A stretch of 64,000 nt of DNA from Octopus vulgaris (Eukaryota), in NCBI GenBank assembly GCA_951406725.2, contig OX597838.1, positions 23,498,001-23,562,000 of the forward strand, given 5' to 3'. A program made the position numbers and the translations under genes. The notes beneath the pieces were generated by a model, which saw only the letters and a list, made by a program, of their open reading frames with translations, did no database searches and was not told where the DNA came from. Shown one piece after another: positions 12,583 to 25,212 of this stretch. Position 1 is the stretch's first letter. The number at the start of each line of letters is the position of its first letter.

Positions 12583-15500
12583 CTATCTCGTATTTGTGAG
12601 GGACCTTTTACTCGCCACATTTTTCCACCTTTCATCAAACACTTTCTTACTCAGGTTCCTCCTCTCCAGTTCTATTTGTCTTTTCAGGTGGAATTTGAAG
12701 TATTCCACCAGACTAGAACCGGAGATGAAGTCGCCTGTTAGCATTCCTTTCACCCTTGTCTTCCATACTGCCTGTTTCGCAGTTGAAACCACAGAGAAAA
12801 CAATTCTTACCTTCTTTCGTTAAGTCAGGTGGGCTGATTTTTACAATGGATTCGGCTGATAGCTGTACTCTTTCTCCACTTGACATCAGTTGTTCGGCGT
12901 AAACCCACATGTCTGTCACCTCCGGGCACTGCACGATCGCGTGCGAGACGGTTTCCCTGTCTCGCCCACATCTCGCGCAGGTCGGGCTGACTGGGGCACC
13001 ATGCCTTGCAAGTTTGTCTCGAACAGGTAAGGCTCCTCGGTAACACTGCCAAACCAGACTTCTGGATATTATCCAGTGCCTTCGGCCCGAATGTACGTTG
13101 GAACAGACTGGCCAGCTGATTATCGTCGAAACCTAGGGTTTCCCCTAGCGTATCATCGTTACCGGCCTCTACCAACCCTCTATAAAACACAGCGGTAGAA
13201 CCACTGCCGCAGGCATTGCCCGAGCGACGGAATAGTCGGAGTGCCTTACGACACTCCGTGTACCATGTACCCAACTTCGATCTACGATTATACCAGTCTT
13301 CCCGTCCACCGAAACTGGCGAACCTGGGGAACATCTGCTTCGCCAGCGGAGACCACACCCGTTCACCATCCAGATGGATCCACAGGTGCCTTAGCCTCAG
13401 CGCATTTCTGCGCATCATTAGCCACGGCATCCCTAGTCCACCCTTTAACGGTTTTTGACAACAAATAGAGCGTCTCACAAGTGGTTTCGAGCCCTTCCAC
13501 AAAAAGTGAAAGAGCTGTCTCTCCAACTTGTTCAACCACGAATCCGGGCAAGGCAAGGCGGTAGGTGATCACCGATGCGATAAACACATTGGCTACCTCC
13601 GCCCTACCTTTCAGGGATAACCACCGCCAAGACCAGGTCTTGACTACTGCGGCCACCCTGCTCGATACCTCGCTCCAGTTCTCCTCTATTTGGAGGCCTG
13701 GTCCAAACCAGACCCCGAGCAACTTAATCGGACCCTCCGTCCAACGTCCCACGACGTTGTCTGGAGGCATCGACTTGCCTCTCCAGGTGCCGAGTTGCAA
13801 GCCGACCGACTTTTCACGATTAACTTTTGCTCCTGTCACCGTCTCGTAAACCTCTATGGCCTTGCCTACTTTACGTATGTGGTCCACTTCAGTCACGATG
13901 ATAGTGATGTCATCCGCGTACGCCGAAACCGACATATCACGTCCTAGTTGCCTCGGGATGCCGCTCAGTTTTCGCAGCAGCGGCTCAAGAGCCACTACAT
14001 ACAAAAGCGAGGAGAGCGGACATCCCTGGCGGACCGAGCGTTTGACTTTGAACGGCTTAGAAAGAAAGCCGTTCACCCGAACTACCGAGTCGACGTTGTC
14101 ATACATTTCTAAGATCCACCTGAGGAAGCCAAGACCCAGGCCGAACTGAGCCTGAACGGACACCAGGTAGTGATGGTCGACCCTATCGAAAGCTTTTGAC
14201 TGGTCTAAATGGACCACTGCCCCTCCCTTGCCGGGATCATTATTTATTCCCTCTAGCGTGTATCTAATAAGATGGAGATTATCCTGAATGGCTCTGCCTG
14301 GTACGGCGCACGTTTGCGCTTTCTCAATCAGTCCATTCGCGACACGCGCCAATCTGTTCGATAACACTTTGGCCAAAATCTTCAGCTCTGAGTTAAGCAG
14401 TGATGGGCCTGAAATTATATATTACATCCCCCTTGCTCTGGTCCTTCTTGATTAGCGTCACCACTCCCCGGCGCACAGATCTGGGAATAAACCCATTCTG
14501 CTGCCAGTTTGCGTAGACGTTCGTCAGTAAGTCCCCGAACAAGGCCGGCATACTTTTATAAAGCTCGTAGGGCAGACCATCCAGTCCCGGCGCCTTACCC
14601 GCACTGCAGTCTGCCATGGCCTCTATTACCTCCTCAGGTGTGATCGGCTTCTCACTACACTCCGTGCCCTGCCCCGAGAGGCGCGGCAGCCCGTCGAGGA
14701 GGTCCGTAAGGTCCCTCCTCTCATCCGCCCCCCCCCCCAAAAGAGCTGGGCGAAGTGGTCCTGAAAAGCTTGACACATCTCCTCGGGTTCGTCTGTCAAC
14801 TTACCTTGTTGGTTCGTCAGAGATCGAATTGTGGCATCGTTGCCACGTTGGGCTTCCACCACTCGGGCCCATCCCGCGGCATTAATTCCTTCGCTCCCCA
14901 TTGTACGTTGTCTAGCCCTGACAATGCAACCCATGTGTTTGGCTTCGAGGTGCTGGTTTAAAACCAGTCTCTTGGCCTTCACCTGAGCCGCGTTGCCAGT
15001 TCGCATTGCTTCCTCTAGGTCCTTAACTAGAGTAGTTTCTTTTCTAGCCTCTCTAGCTACGAGATCTGCACTATACCTAATACTCATATTTTATGGTTCG
15101 CTTGAGGGCATACCACCATTTGTTGTTAATAATGGAACCGGTCAATGCCCTCTGGATCATTAACCTAATCCTGTCACTGTACTCCTTAATCGCCAAAAGG
15201 GACGTATTAAGTTTCCAGTAACCAGGACCTTTATTTATCTTATCTACGTCTAGCTTACAGGTGACCATCTTGTGGTCACTGTAGCTGACTGTGGAGCTGT
15301 GGACTCTTAACTAGGTTTCTATCTACCTTCCTAATTAAAATCCTATCTATGTAAGACCTTGACGATCCGTCGCTGTTTGATCATGTCCACAATGGAGCGT
15401 CCGGATATTCCAGTCTATATGGATCTACCAGCTCAAAACGTCTTAGTAGATCCAGGAAGCCAGCGTTTCCTTTCCTATTCGTTTGCGAGCCTACACAGTC

Positions 15501-15944
15501 TACCTGCACATCGCAGATTGTGTTGAAGTCCCCAAACATTACTACAGGGTACGATGTACTCAGAAACTTCTCCAGATTCCGAAAATAATCACTTTTCCCG
15601 TTACCGGAGGGTGCGTAAACCGCAACCAGCCTGATTGTCTTACGACTGCTGAACGTCAACTCAACGACGACCAGCCTACCTTCTGGATCTGCAAAAATCA
15701 ACTTTTTCCCAGAAACCCGGTTCTTTTTAACCAGGACCAACACCCCGCTTCCGCTGCCCGCCGGGTTCGGAGAGATAATTCCCTCGTAGCCGTCGAACAA
15801 CGGGAGCAGATCTCTTGGCCCCTTTAACCGGGTTTCTGTGGCAACATCTAAATCCCGTGACCTGATGTCATTTAGGAGGCGCCCTTGCTTCCAGCTCGTC
15901 ATCAGGCCACGCACATTTAAACACCCTACACAAATGCGAGACAT
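12583..15944 (-). pseudogene. Tx1-like ORF2 (APE endonuclease, reverse transcriptase, CCHC), several frameshifts
   Basis: LNVRGL, ETRL, VYAP, GDFN; KAPGLDGLPYELY, LDQSKAFDRVDH, VRQGCPLS, YADD; C-terminal region matching CARCGRDRETVSHAIVQC of the sister copy. Confidence 0.93.
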
Positions 15945-15964
15945 TATTTACCTTATCAGTTTTT

Positions 15965-17028
15965 TCCTGCTCTGGTGGTCGTGAGGGGGAAGTCCGCTTT
16001 AAATAATGACTCGTGAGGGTCGAGTCGCGGACCCTTAATGTCCCCCGGGTACTCCTCTCTTATTATATTATAGTTCATTGTCAATCTTGAAAACCTCGAC
16101 ATTCTTGGGGAGCACCCTATGTTGTTTTATTATTACCCACAAGGGGCGAACATAGATGGGACAATACAATCTGATGATGGGGTCAGATACACGAATGGGT
16201 TTTACAACAAAGCGAATTTTAAAAATTTACAAAAAATTACAAAATATAAAAATCGAATGGAGAACAGACCGGAAGACATTACGGATGGAGTGGGAGCGGG
16301 TTTAGCTCGGACCCCACGAGCCCCGCCTCCCCACTGATACTTTGGTTTCGTCCGGTTTTACATTTATGTGGTAACATCCATTCGCAACTTTCGTGCTACA
16401 TTTTTCCATCGTTCTTCCTGCTCTGGTGGTCGTGAGGGGGAAGTTCGCTTTAAATAATGACTCGTGAGGGTCGAGTCGCGGACCCTTAATGTCCCCCCCC
16501 CGGGTACTCCTCTCTTATATTATAGTTCATTCTGTCAATCTTGAAAACCTCGACATTCTTGGGGAGTACCCTATGTTGTTTTATTATTACCCACAAGGGG
16601 CGAACATAGATGGGACAATACAATCTGATGATGGGGTCAGATACACGAATGGGTTTTACAACAAAGCGAATTTTAAAAATTTACAAAAAATTACAAAATA
16701 TAAAAAATCGAATGGAGAACAGACCGGAAGACATTACGGATGGAGTGGGAGCGGGTTTAGCTCGGACCCCACGAGCCCCGCCTCCCCACTGATACTTTGG
16801 TTTCGTCCGGTTTTACATTTATGTGGTAACATCCATTCGCAACTTTCGTGCTACATTTTTCCATCGTTCTTCCTGCTCTGGTGGTCGTGAGGGGGAAGTC
16901 CGCTTTAAATAATGACTCGTGAGGGTCGAGTCGCGGACCCTTAATGTCCTCCGGGTACTCCTCTCTTATTATATTATAGTTCATTCTATCAATCTTGAAA
17001 CCCTCGACATTCTTGGGAGTACCCTATG
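15965..17028 (-). repeat. ~453-bp tandem unit, ~2.3 copies (ORF1 end plus a related LINE 3' end)
   Basis: The ATG of ACCCTATGT recurs at 16119, 16573 and 17026; copies are near-identical. Confidence 0.92.
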
Positions 17029-18186
17029 TGTGTTGATCTTGTGTGCCGTTGGGACATTGTCCAGATATTTAGTTAGTCTGTCGTTTGCATTGTTTATAGA
17101 AATGTATACTGTCTCGAACTCTATTATTTTTTCCCCTTTTTGTGGGAAACCAAGTTTGGGAGGGGTGGGTTTCCCCCCCTGGGTGTTAGTCTTTTTTATG
17201 TCAGGGTTTGGTGTGTTCGTGTCTGCGTTTTTCCTTTTCTTCACTTTCCTTGGTGTTATAAATTCGTCTTGTGTTTTCTCTGCTGTTACGGTCTTATTTT
17301 TCCTCCTCTCCTCTTCTGTTTTTCTCTTCTCTTCTTCCTCCTTCTTGCGGGCGGGGCATTCTGCTCGGATGTAGCCCTTTTCGCCACACCCGTAGCATCT
17401 GGGCTTACGCCCTTCTACCACCACCCGCAAATTTATATCGTCCTCGAAGTCGATACTTTCAGGGACCTCTTCTAATGTTTCCGGTGTTGCCTGCACTATT
17501 ACCTGCAGCGCCTGTCCCCTTCCAGTTCTCCTTCTGAATCTTCGTTATGTTAATAATTTTTATTCCTTCCGGCCCCATAAATAGGGCTGGAATGAGGCAC
17601 TTTACCTCAATTTCAATCGGGATCTCTTCTGTTTTGATTTTCGATGTACGCCTCCCCATATAGGTGGGGAGGAGAATTATTTCATTCGTTTTAATGGGGT
17701 TGATTGAGTGGATCTTTGCTTTTTCTTCCTCTTTGAAGTATACCACAATTGTGGCATACTTCCTTCCCCATGTCACGAATTCTATGTCTGACCAAATTGG
17801 TTTTAAACATTTTTCCGCTTGTTCTTTACTGATTTTTTTTTTTTCCTATTTTTTTTTCCTTGATTAAAAATGATTTTAAAATCAGTTTTTTTTTTTTTTT
17901 CATTGTTTATCTTAATTTCTTCTTGGAGGGTAGCCTTTATGCTGCTCCCCTCCCTCTTAAACGTTTCCTTGTATTTTTCAAAGTCTATATCTTCTGGTTT
18001 GATGTCTTCTGTCTTTGTCTTTCTGCCTGCTGCGGCTGCAAAGTTGAATTTCTTTTTTCTTTTTAATCGCCGTGAACTTGTTTCAGCCTCTTCTGTTTTG
18101 TTTCCTTTTGTAGGTGAACCTACATTCTTTTCCTTCAAAGGTGAACCTTCATTGGTAACGACTTCGTTTTTTTGTTATCCATTTTT
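16981..18186 (-). pseudogene. Tx1-like ORF1 (gag-like, zinc knuckle), frameshifted
   Basis: ORFs 17803-18138, 17459-17776, 16981-17496; LLPTYMGRR and RVVVEGRKPRCYGCGEKGYIRAEC; homologous to ORF1s at 11-12 kb and 24 kb. Confidence 0.85.
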
Positions 18187-18196
18187 CACAAATGGA

Positions 18197-18565
18197 TGCA
18201 GGAGTGGCTGTGTGGTAAGTAGCTTGCTAACCAACCACATGGTTCCGGGTTCAGTCCCACTGCGTGGCATCTTGGGCGAGTGTCTTCTGCTATAGCCTCG
18301 GGCCGACCAATACCTTGTGAGTGGATTTGGTAGACGGAAACTGAAAGAAGCCTGTCGTATGTATGTATGTATGTGTTTGGGTGTATGTGTTTGTTCCTCT
18401 AGCATTGCTTGACAACCGATGCTGATGTGTTTGCGTCCCCGTCACTTAGCGGTTCGGCAAAAGAGACCGATGTAATAAGTCCCGGGGTCGAGTTGCTCGA
18501 CTGAAGGCGGTGCTCCAGCATGGCTGCAGTCAAATGACTGAAACAAGTAAAAGGGTAAAGAGTAA
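18197..18565 (+). mobile_element. SINE family A inserted in the Tx1 5'UTR
   Basis: Full head-to-tail unit. Confidence 0.9.
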
Positions 18566-18567
18566 TA

Positions 18568-18604
<37 letters not shown>

Positions 18605-18820
18605 GTTAAATTGTGTTGACACACAAAATATATTTCACAATATTTCCCCTCCTTAAAGGAGGGGAATAACAAAGTTATCTGGTTCACAAAACCAGACAAA
18701 GTTCAACACAATAAATCAACTGACAATTTTCAAACACGGAAATTAAACACAATTTTAACAATTCACTAGCTCACCTTCAAAAACACAACCGACGCCTTCA
18801 AAAATTCTTTGCCGAATTTC

Positions 18821-20126
18821 TATTTCTTTATTACCCACTAGGGGCGACACAAAAATTACAAAACAATCACGAATGATGAAATACATTAATATGCTTTTTG
18901 AGGGCAATTAAATATCTGAATGATAAATAAAATCGAATGAATACACAATTACATAGACAGTTCTACAAAATTGACGAATGCAGTGGGGCGGGTCCACGGA
19001 CCCTACGCTCCCCGCCACGACACTTAGCCTTGTGTTTTTCTTTTACGGGTCTATCTCGTATTTGTGAGGGACCTTTTACTCGCCACATTTTTCCACCTTT
19101 CATCAAACACTTTCTTACTCAGGTTCCTCCTCTCCAGTTCTATTTGTCTTTTCAGGTGGAATTTGAAGTATTCCACCAGACTAGAACCGGAGATGAAGTC
19201 GCCTGTTAGCATTCCTTTCACCCTTGTCTTCCATACTGCCTGTTTCGCAGTTGAAACCACAGAGAAAACAATTCTTACCTTCTTTCGTTAAAAAATCAGG
19301 TGGGCTGATTTTTACAATGGATTCGGCTGATAGCTGTACTCTTTCTCCACTTGACATCAGTTGTTCGGCGTAAACCCACATGTCTGTCACCTCCGGGCAC
19401 TGCACGATCGCGTGCGAGACGGTTTCCCTGTCTCGCCCACATCTCGCGCAGGTCGGGCTGACTGGGGCACCATGCCTTGCAAGTTTGTCTCGAACAGGTA
19501 AGGCTCCTCGGTAACACTGCCAAGCCAAATACTTCTGGATATTATCCAGTGCCTTCGGCCCGAATGTACGTTGGAACAGACTGGCCAGCTGATTATCATC
19601 GAAACCTGGGGTTTCCCCTAGCGTATCATCGTTACCGGCCTCTACCAACCCTCTATAAAACACAGCGGTAGAACCACTGCCGCAGGCATTGCCCGAGCGA
19701 CGGAATAGTCGGAGTGCCTTACGACACTCCGTGTACCATGTACCCAACTTCGATCTACGATTATACCAGTCTTCCCGTCCACCGAAACAGGTGAACCTGG
19801 GGAACATCTGCTTCGCCAGCGGAGACCACACCCGTTCACCATCCAGATGGAGCCACAGGTGCCTTAGCCTCAGCGCATTTCTGCGCATCATTAGCCACGG
19901 CATCCCTAGTCCACCCTTTAACGGTTTTTGACAACAAATAGAGCGTCTCATAAGTGGTTTCGAGCCCTTCCACAAAAAGTGAGCTGTCTCTCCAACTTGT
20001 TCAACCACGAATCCGGGCAAGGCACGACGGCAAGGCGTTAGGTGATCACCGATGCGATAAACACATTGGCTACCTCCGCCCTACCTTTCAGGGATAACCA
20101 CCGCCAAGACCAGGTCTTGACTACTG
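18821..20126 (-). mobile_element. 5'-truncated Tx1-like copy (ORF2 C-terminus plus 3'UTR)
   Basis: Near-identical to 12583-13648; the 69-aa ORFs 19051-19260 and 12583-12792 translate identically; shared tail. Confidence 0.92.
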
Positions 20127-20744
20127 AGTAAAGTTCACTATTCAATGCATGGGATAAGGCCTAAACAAGCACATTATCGATTTTTGCACTTGCGAGATGG
20201 ATTTCGGAACAGAAATAGCGCGGTTCAATTTTCATTCGCCTAAACTTTAAGTGACCCATTTTTGGTGGTTCTATGATTTGTTGGCTAGGAGATGTGCCGG
20301 GAAGTTAAACACACACACAAGTTGAGTTTTATATATATATATATATATATATAGATAATTCCACAGTCACGAATAGACTTATATTCTCTTTGTGTATATG
20401 TATAAGCTCAAAGCTGGAGAAACAGCTATAGATTTAAAAAGAAAACTGCTGGCCTATTGTAATGCATCCTGCAAAAGAAATGGAGCCTGTAAATGATCAG
20501 TTAGTTGTCCACAAGTCAGGAAGAAAAACTCCCCTCCCCCCACATGCAGTAATAGAGCAGTTGTATTTTTATATATCGTTTAGCAGAGTATGTTCTGAAC
20601 TAGTGAGGAGGGGACACTTTCCATACATACCCTGCAGTATTTAATACTACAAGGCTTCGTTATATATGACGGCGAGGCGCACACTTGTGAAGATATAATT
20701 TAATGTTTGAGGTTTCTTTCGTTAGTATGCCATTTGTCAATGTA

Positions 20745-23700
20745 ATGTTCATTTTACAGTGAATTATACCCTTTTTGCTTCTACTAACATGGCGTTTGTT
20801 TCTCCATCATTAAGTCTCTCAGCCCTTTTCGATCCTGGTTTGACACATTCCCACTCTCATCTAGCCTTAGGTCTCTTTGTTCTCGTCCTTTCTGAAGTTG
20901 TTTAAAAAAAAAAAATCTATCCAAACCAGTGGAATGGCGGAACTGCAGGGACGTTAGACCAAGTGGAATGGCGGAACTGCAGGGACGCTAGACCAGAGCC
21001 TTGTGGTCTTCATTTCATTTTTGCATTTTGAGTTCAAACCCACCGCTATTGCCCACTTGGGTGGTAGACTTAACCTGCTACCAAGTTTAACAACCTGGTC
21101 TCTTTGAAAGAAATCCACACTGCTACAAGCATTCAAGTACTGTTTCTTTGATATGTTGACGTATTAAGAATATACAATTCAAAGTGTTAGTTTGTATTCT
21201 TCAGATGGGAATTCTCTGATTCTCAACTTTCGATGGAAATGTGGTATTCTCGTGACTTTACCGTAGACCAGTTTTTTCCCATTGTCTTGGCTGTGTATCA
21301 CAGCTCCGCTCTTCTTTTAACGATTTGCTTCTCTAATTTTGATGTTGTTTGTCCATATTTTTCATTCTGATTCTCTTTTTCCCTCTCTCAACGACTTCTT
21401 GAGTGGTTTTCCAAAGGTCACTGGATCTTGATCAAGATCTATGCAATTGTAGCTTTTCTTTGAGGTTCAGTTGGATGTTGCTTTCCAATAAGGTAGTAAC
21501 CTTTTTCCGTTCACACTTCTGTTGCATGATTTATAGGTATCTTATAATTCCTAAATTTACAGGATTTTAGCAGTATACACCAAACTCAGTGGTGACGAGG
21601 TATCTCCTGCATCGTAACAATTTTATCTTGGATGGGAATTGTCTTTATCCCTCAGATTGCACTGGAAACATGAGTATCATTTTGACTTTACACTAGTTTT
21701 CTTTCACTGTCTTGGCTGTGAAACAGCTCGGTCTTCTAACGATCTGCTAGTTTTGTCTGATTGTACATCTGTCAGACTTGCCTTTTTCCCTCTTAGAACA
21801 GCTTCTTGAACAGTCTCTCCAAGGTCACTGGATCTTGTACAAGATCTATATATATATATATATCATAGCTTCACCGTTCTGAAACCTTCATGAGGTCCAG
21901 TGGGATGTTCCTTTCTTCCTTCCTACCTTTTGACCGTGAGATTATTGACATTATAATCAGATTTCATCACTTTTGGTATTCTACTGCTCTCTGTCGGTGA
22001 AATTGAGGTCTGTCCACTCTGTTAACCTGGGCCACGATCATTCTGATGGATTCTCGTCAGATTTTCATCATGAGTATCTCGCGAAAGTTAACTGTCACGA
22101 TCAAATTAGCTTGATGGCACCCATTCCTATCCGAGCGGTACAAGTATAATCACATTTGTACTTGCTTAAATATATTTGTTCGTTGTGAGTGTATAAATTT
22201 AAGAACATTTAATTGACGTGAGTGAAATTGCGTTTACTCGACGTGGATGTACAAATATAAATTTGATAACTTTATTGCATGTTTGACTTGATCAAGAGTT
22301 GCAGATGTGCTTATTAAGTTTTAGTTACTCAGAAATGACAGTTGCATACTCCCGTTCACTTAGGATTTATCGAATTCAAGAGTTGATGGCATTAAAGTTT
22401 AACCACCGAACAAGCAGACCTTCCCAAACGTATTCCAGCTGTGACCATCCATCATTTTAGATGGACCACATTCTCCGAGTTCTTAATAAAAACAGCGGAA
22501 GTAAAACTTTAGGGAGATTTGGCTGCAATTTCCAGTATGTCAGTTGACGTGATCTCGGTGGTTGTAGCATGTCGGTGAGTGAATCGTTGCCACAAGTTGC
22601 TGTAATGATCTTATTTCAGATCCTCTCAAATGTTAAGTTAATTTTTTGGCTCAAAAAGCAAGGCCATGTAGGGGGACATGGAGTTATATACAGAGAGGGT
22701 GTTCATGCAAAGAGTTCAGGCCATTTCTGGTCAAGAGAGACTTTGAACCGAGCGGTCGTCGGCATCTTCACTATCTCGTCCGGCAGCTTATTCCACGGAT
22801 CCACAACCCGGACGGAGAAAGCCCCTCTCCTTCGATTGAGATGAAATCATCACAGATAGAGCTTTCCGGAGTGACCCCGCAGCCGACGCTCTAGAGCTCT
22901 TTCAAGAGGTTACACTTTCCGCTTATGATGTTGTGAGTGAGAATGAGATTACCACTGCGTCGTCGTTTATTCTAGAGAATAAAGGTCAAGCGTCTTCAGC
23001 CTTTCTTCATAAGACAAATGCTTGAGGCCAAGAACCATGCGAGTGGCCAGCTTCTGAACATATGTACTATGTATATGTACTTCTGGACATGTGTACTATG
23101 CATATGCGGATAGTGCTCTTTTATCTGTTTCGCTTGACCTTTTTATGTATATCATCAGGCAGTATATTACTGGTTACAGCATGGAACTAGTCAGAACGAT
23201 CGTCTGTTTTCACGCCTACCATTCGAGCAATAACTGCTGACTCTTCAGACGTCTTTTTCAGATGCATCCTGATGTAGAGTTGGTTAGGCGGCGTCTGTAT
23301 GATATGGTAGAACATCCTGTTATATCCTTAGGTGGCTTTCAATGCATTTTTTCCTTCAGTCCAGCTTCATGATGCCCTTACCCCACCCACAGTCAGTTCC
23401 AAGCACTTTTTTTTTGTTGTTTTTTTAATACATTCTTTGTCAGAGCTGCATAGATAACCAAGCAACTAACTCGAAAGTTGTTTCCACTGACGTTCTCTTG
23501 TTCGGAACACCTCTGAGGTTATAAAACTTTTATACACAAAGAATATAATAAAAGTCCTTTTGTGACAATGTGCAAGTGCATAGGTGAAGAAATGATCATA
23601 GAATACTAACCACGTGCTGGCCTATTGTAATCATCTGAAACAAAAGAGCCTGTAACTTATCAGTTAGTCGTCCAAAGTCAGAAAAACAAAAAACACAACC

Positions 23701-23845
23701 TCCCCCCCACCCACCCACACACACACACTGTACGAGTGAGAGCACATATTCTTATATATTGTTCAGTTGTGTATATTCTGAACTCGCAAGGAGGGGACAA
23801 CTTTACATAACCTGTGGTATTTAATGCTACAAGGCTTCACGTTAT
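20745..23845. repeat. Old tandem duplication, unit 2 (resumes at ~27800-27890)
   Basis: Collinear with unit 1; 23615-23845 matches 20445-20665 and 27810 matches 20680. Confidence 0.8.
22700..23060 (-). mobile_element. CR1-clade LINE 3' fragment
   Basis: Minus-strand translation RGHSGKLY..AFSVRVVDPWNKLPDEIVKMPTTARFKVSLD, typical of the CR1 ORF2 end. Confidence 0.8.
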
Positions 23846-23865
23846 ATATATATATATATATATAT

Positions 23866-24930
23866 AACTCTTCTTCTGTTATTTGTTTCTCCTCTTCTTC
23901 AGTGTCTTTCTCTTGAGGTTCCATCATGATTTCCCTTTCCTTTCCTTTGGTGGGGGTGGGCAGTTGGCTCTTATGTGGCCTCTCTGGCCACACTTATAAC
24001 ATCGTGGGGCCCTGCCCTCCACCCACACTCTCATAATAGCGTTCCCCATCCTTATGTTTTCTGTCAGTCTTTCTATTGTTTCCGCTTGTCTGTACATTCA
24101 TGTCTAAGGTGGCACCCCTCAAGCCTTCATATTTCATGGTGGTGTGGAGGATGTCCACCTTTTCCTCGTTCCCCTTGATTACTGCTGCCGTTATGTATTC
24201 TCCCTCTAGGTGTGGGGGTATCCCCTCCACCCTAATTCTTGTCGTTTTCCTATTTAGATACGATGGAAGTAAGTGTATCTTTGTTTTTACCACCTTGGTT
24301 GCCATTTTTCTGGCGACATTCTCACTTCTGTATTGAACCGTCACAGTTCCATACTCCATCCCTCTTGTCAAAAAAATTATTTCTTCTCCAGTCCGCTTTA
24401 ATGCCTCTTCAATGGCTTCCATATTCACTATTTCAATCCTTCTTCCTCCATTAACGTACACTCCATATTTGATGGTTCTACGGTTGAACCACTCGCCACG
24501 CTTTGCTGGATGTGACAGCTCGACTTCGCCGTTCTCCTCCTCTTTCATAAAATCCTGGAAGCCTGGCAATTTAGCCAGGTCCACCTCTCTTTCTTTCGAC
24601 CTCCTCATCACTCCTGCGTACGTACTTTCAAGCCTCCTGTCCATCTTTTCCACTGCTCTTTCCAACTCCTCCTCAGATGTCGATAATTCCGACAAACTTT
24701 CAAACAAATTCTTCCCGGCCATCTCACCCATTAGGGAGAGGCGGTTCATAATCCTTTGTCTGTCTCACCTCAGACAGACAACGGCTGCCAGAACAGACGC
24801 CGTGTGACGCGAAACCGTATCAACAATTATTCAAATAACAAATATTCAAAAAACAAATATGGCAACTTAGAATAGAAATACTCCAGCTCCTCAAAACACG
24901 TGCGACCTGAACAAAAGGCTCTCAGAGTGA
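23866..24930 (-). mobile_element. 5' part of a Tx1-related ORF1 element, similar to the ORF1-only element
   Basis: ORF 23994-24749 homologous to 11634-12008; intact CYKCGQRGHIRANC knuckle after a frameshift; same 5'UTR hairpin before the ATG. Confidence 0.85.
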
Positions 24931-25212
24931 AAGAGTCTGGAAGTGAACGCTTAAATTTATATCTAATGTAGGATAAAAAATTTTCCGAAAAAAATATTCT
25001 TTTCCAAAAAAAATTTTATCAATGGCCAGCATATCAAAAAATACCTTTTAAAGGTTAAATCTATAAACAGTTCATAATTAAGGGCAAACGAAAAATTTCT
25101 AATGCCAGATATGCCGAAAAATTGGACATATTGTCCATTAACCATATAATTTTTTCACAATATGCACGCTACTCGAAAAAAGGTCGACAGAAATTTCTAA
25201 AACATTCCATTA

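Larger units (their letters stand above)
12349..18820 (-). mobile_element. Near full-length L1/Tx1-clade non-LTR retrotransposon
   Basis: 5'UTR, ORF1 with zinc knuckle, ORF2 with endonuclease, RT and C-terminal CCHC, 3'UTR with shared tail; contains a SINE and an X-Y-X-Y-X duplication. Confidence 0.9.
9715..20355 (-). mobile_element. Non-autonomous Helitron (own sequence ~9715-9975 and ~20127-20355) interrupted by the Tx1 array
   Basis: Minus strand starts TCTATATA, ends CCCG-TTGAGC-CGGG hairpin then CTAG, inserted between A and T; termini resemble the uninterrupted copy at 41877-42278; paralogous unit is empty here. Confidence 0.7.

Noticed and set aside
16119-16890. Plus-strand ORFs MLFYYYPQGANIDG...
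   Set aside because: Antisense reading of the duplicated LINE 3'UTR.
9968-18820. U2 snRNA, 5S rRNA or tRNA as the Tx1 target
   Set aside because: I could not recognise any such RNA sequence at the three junctions.
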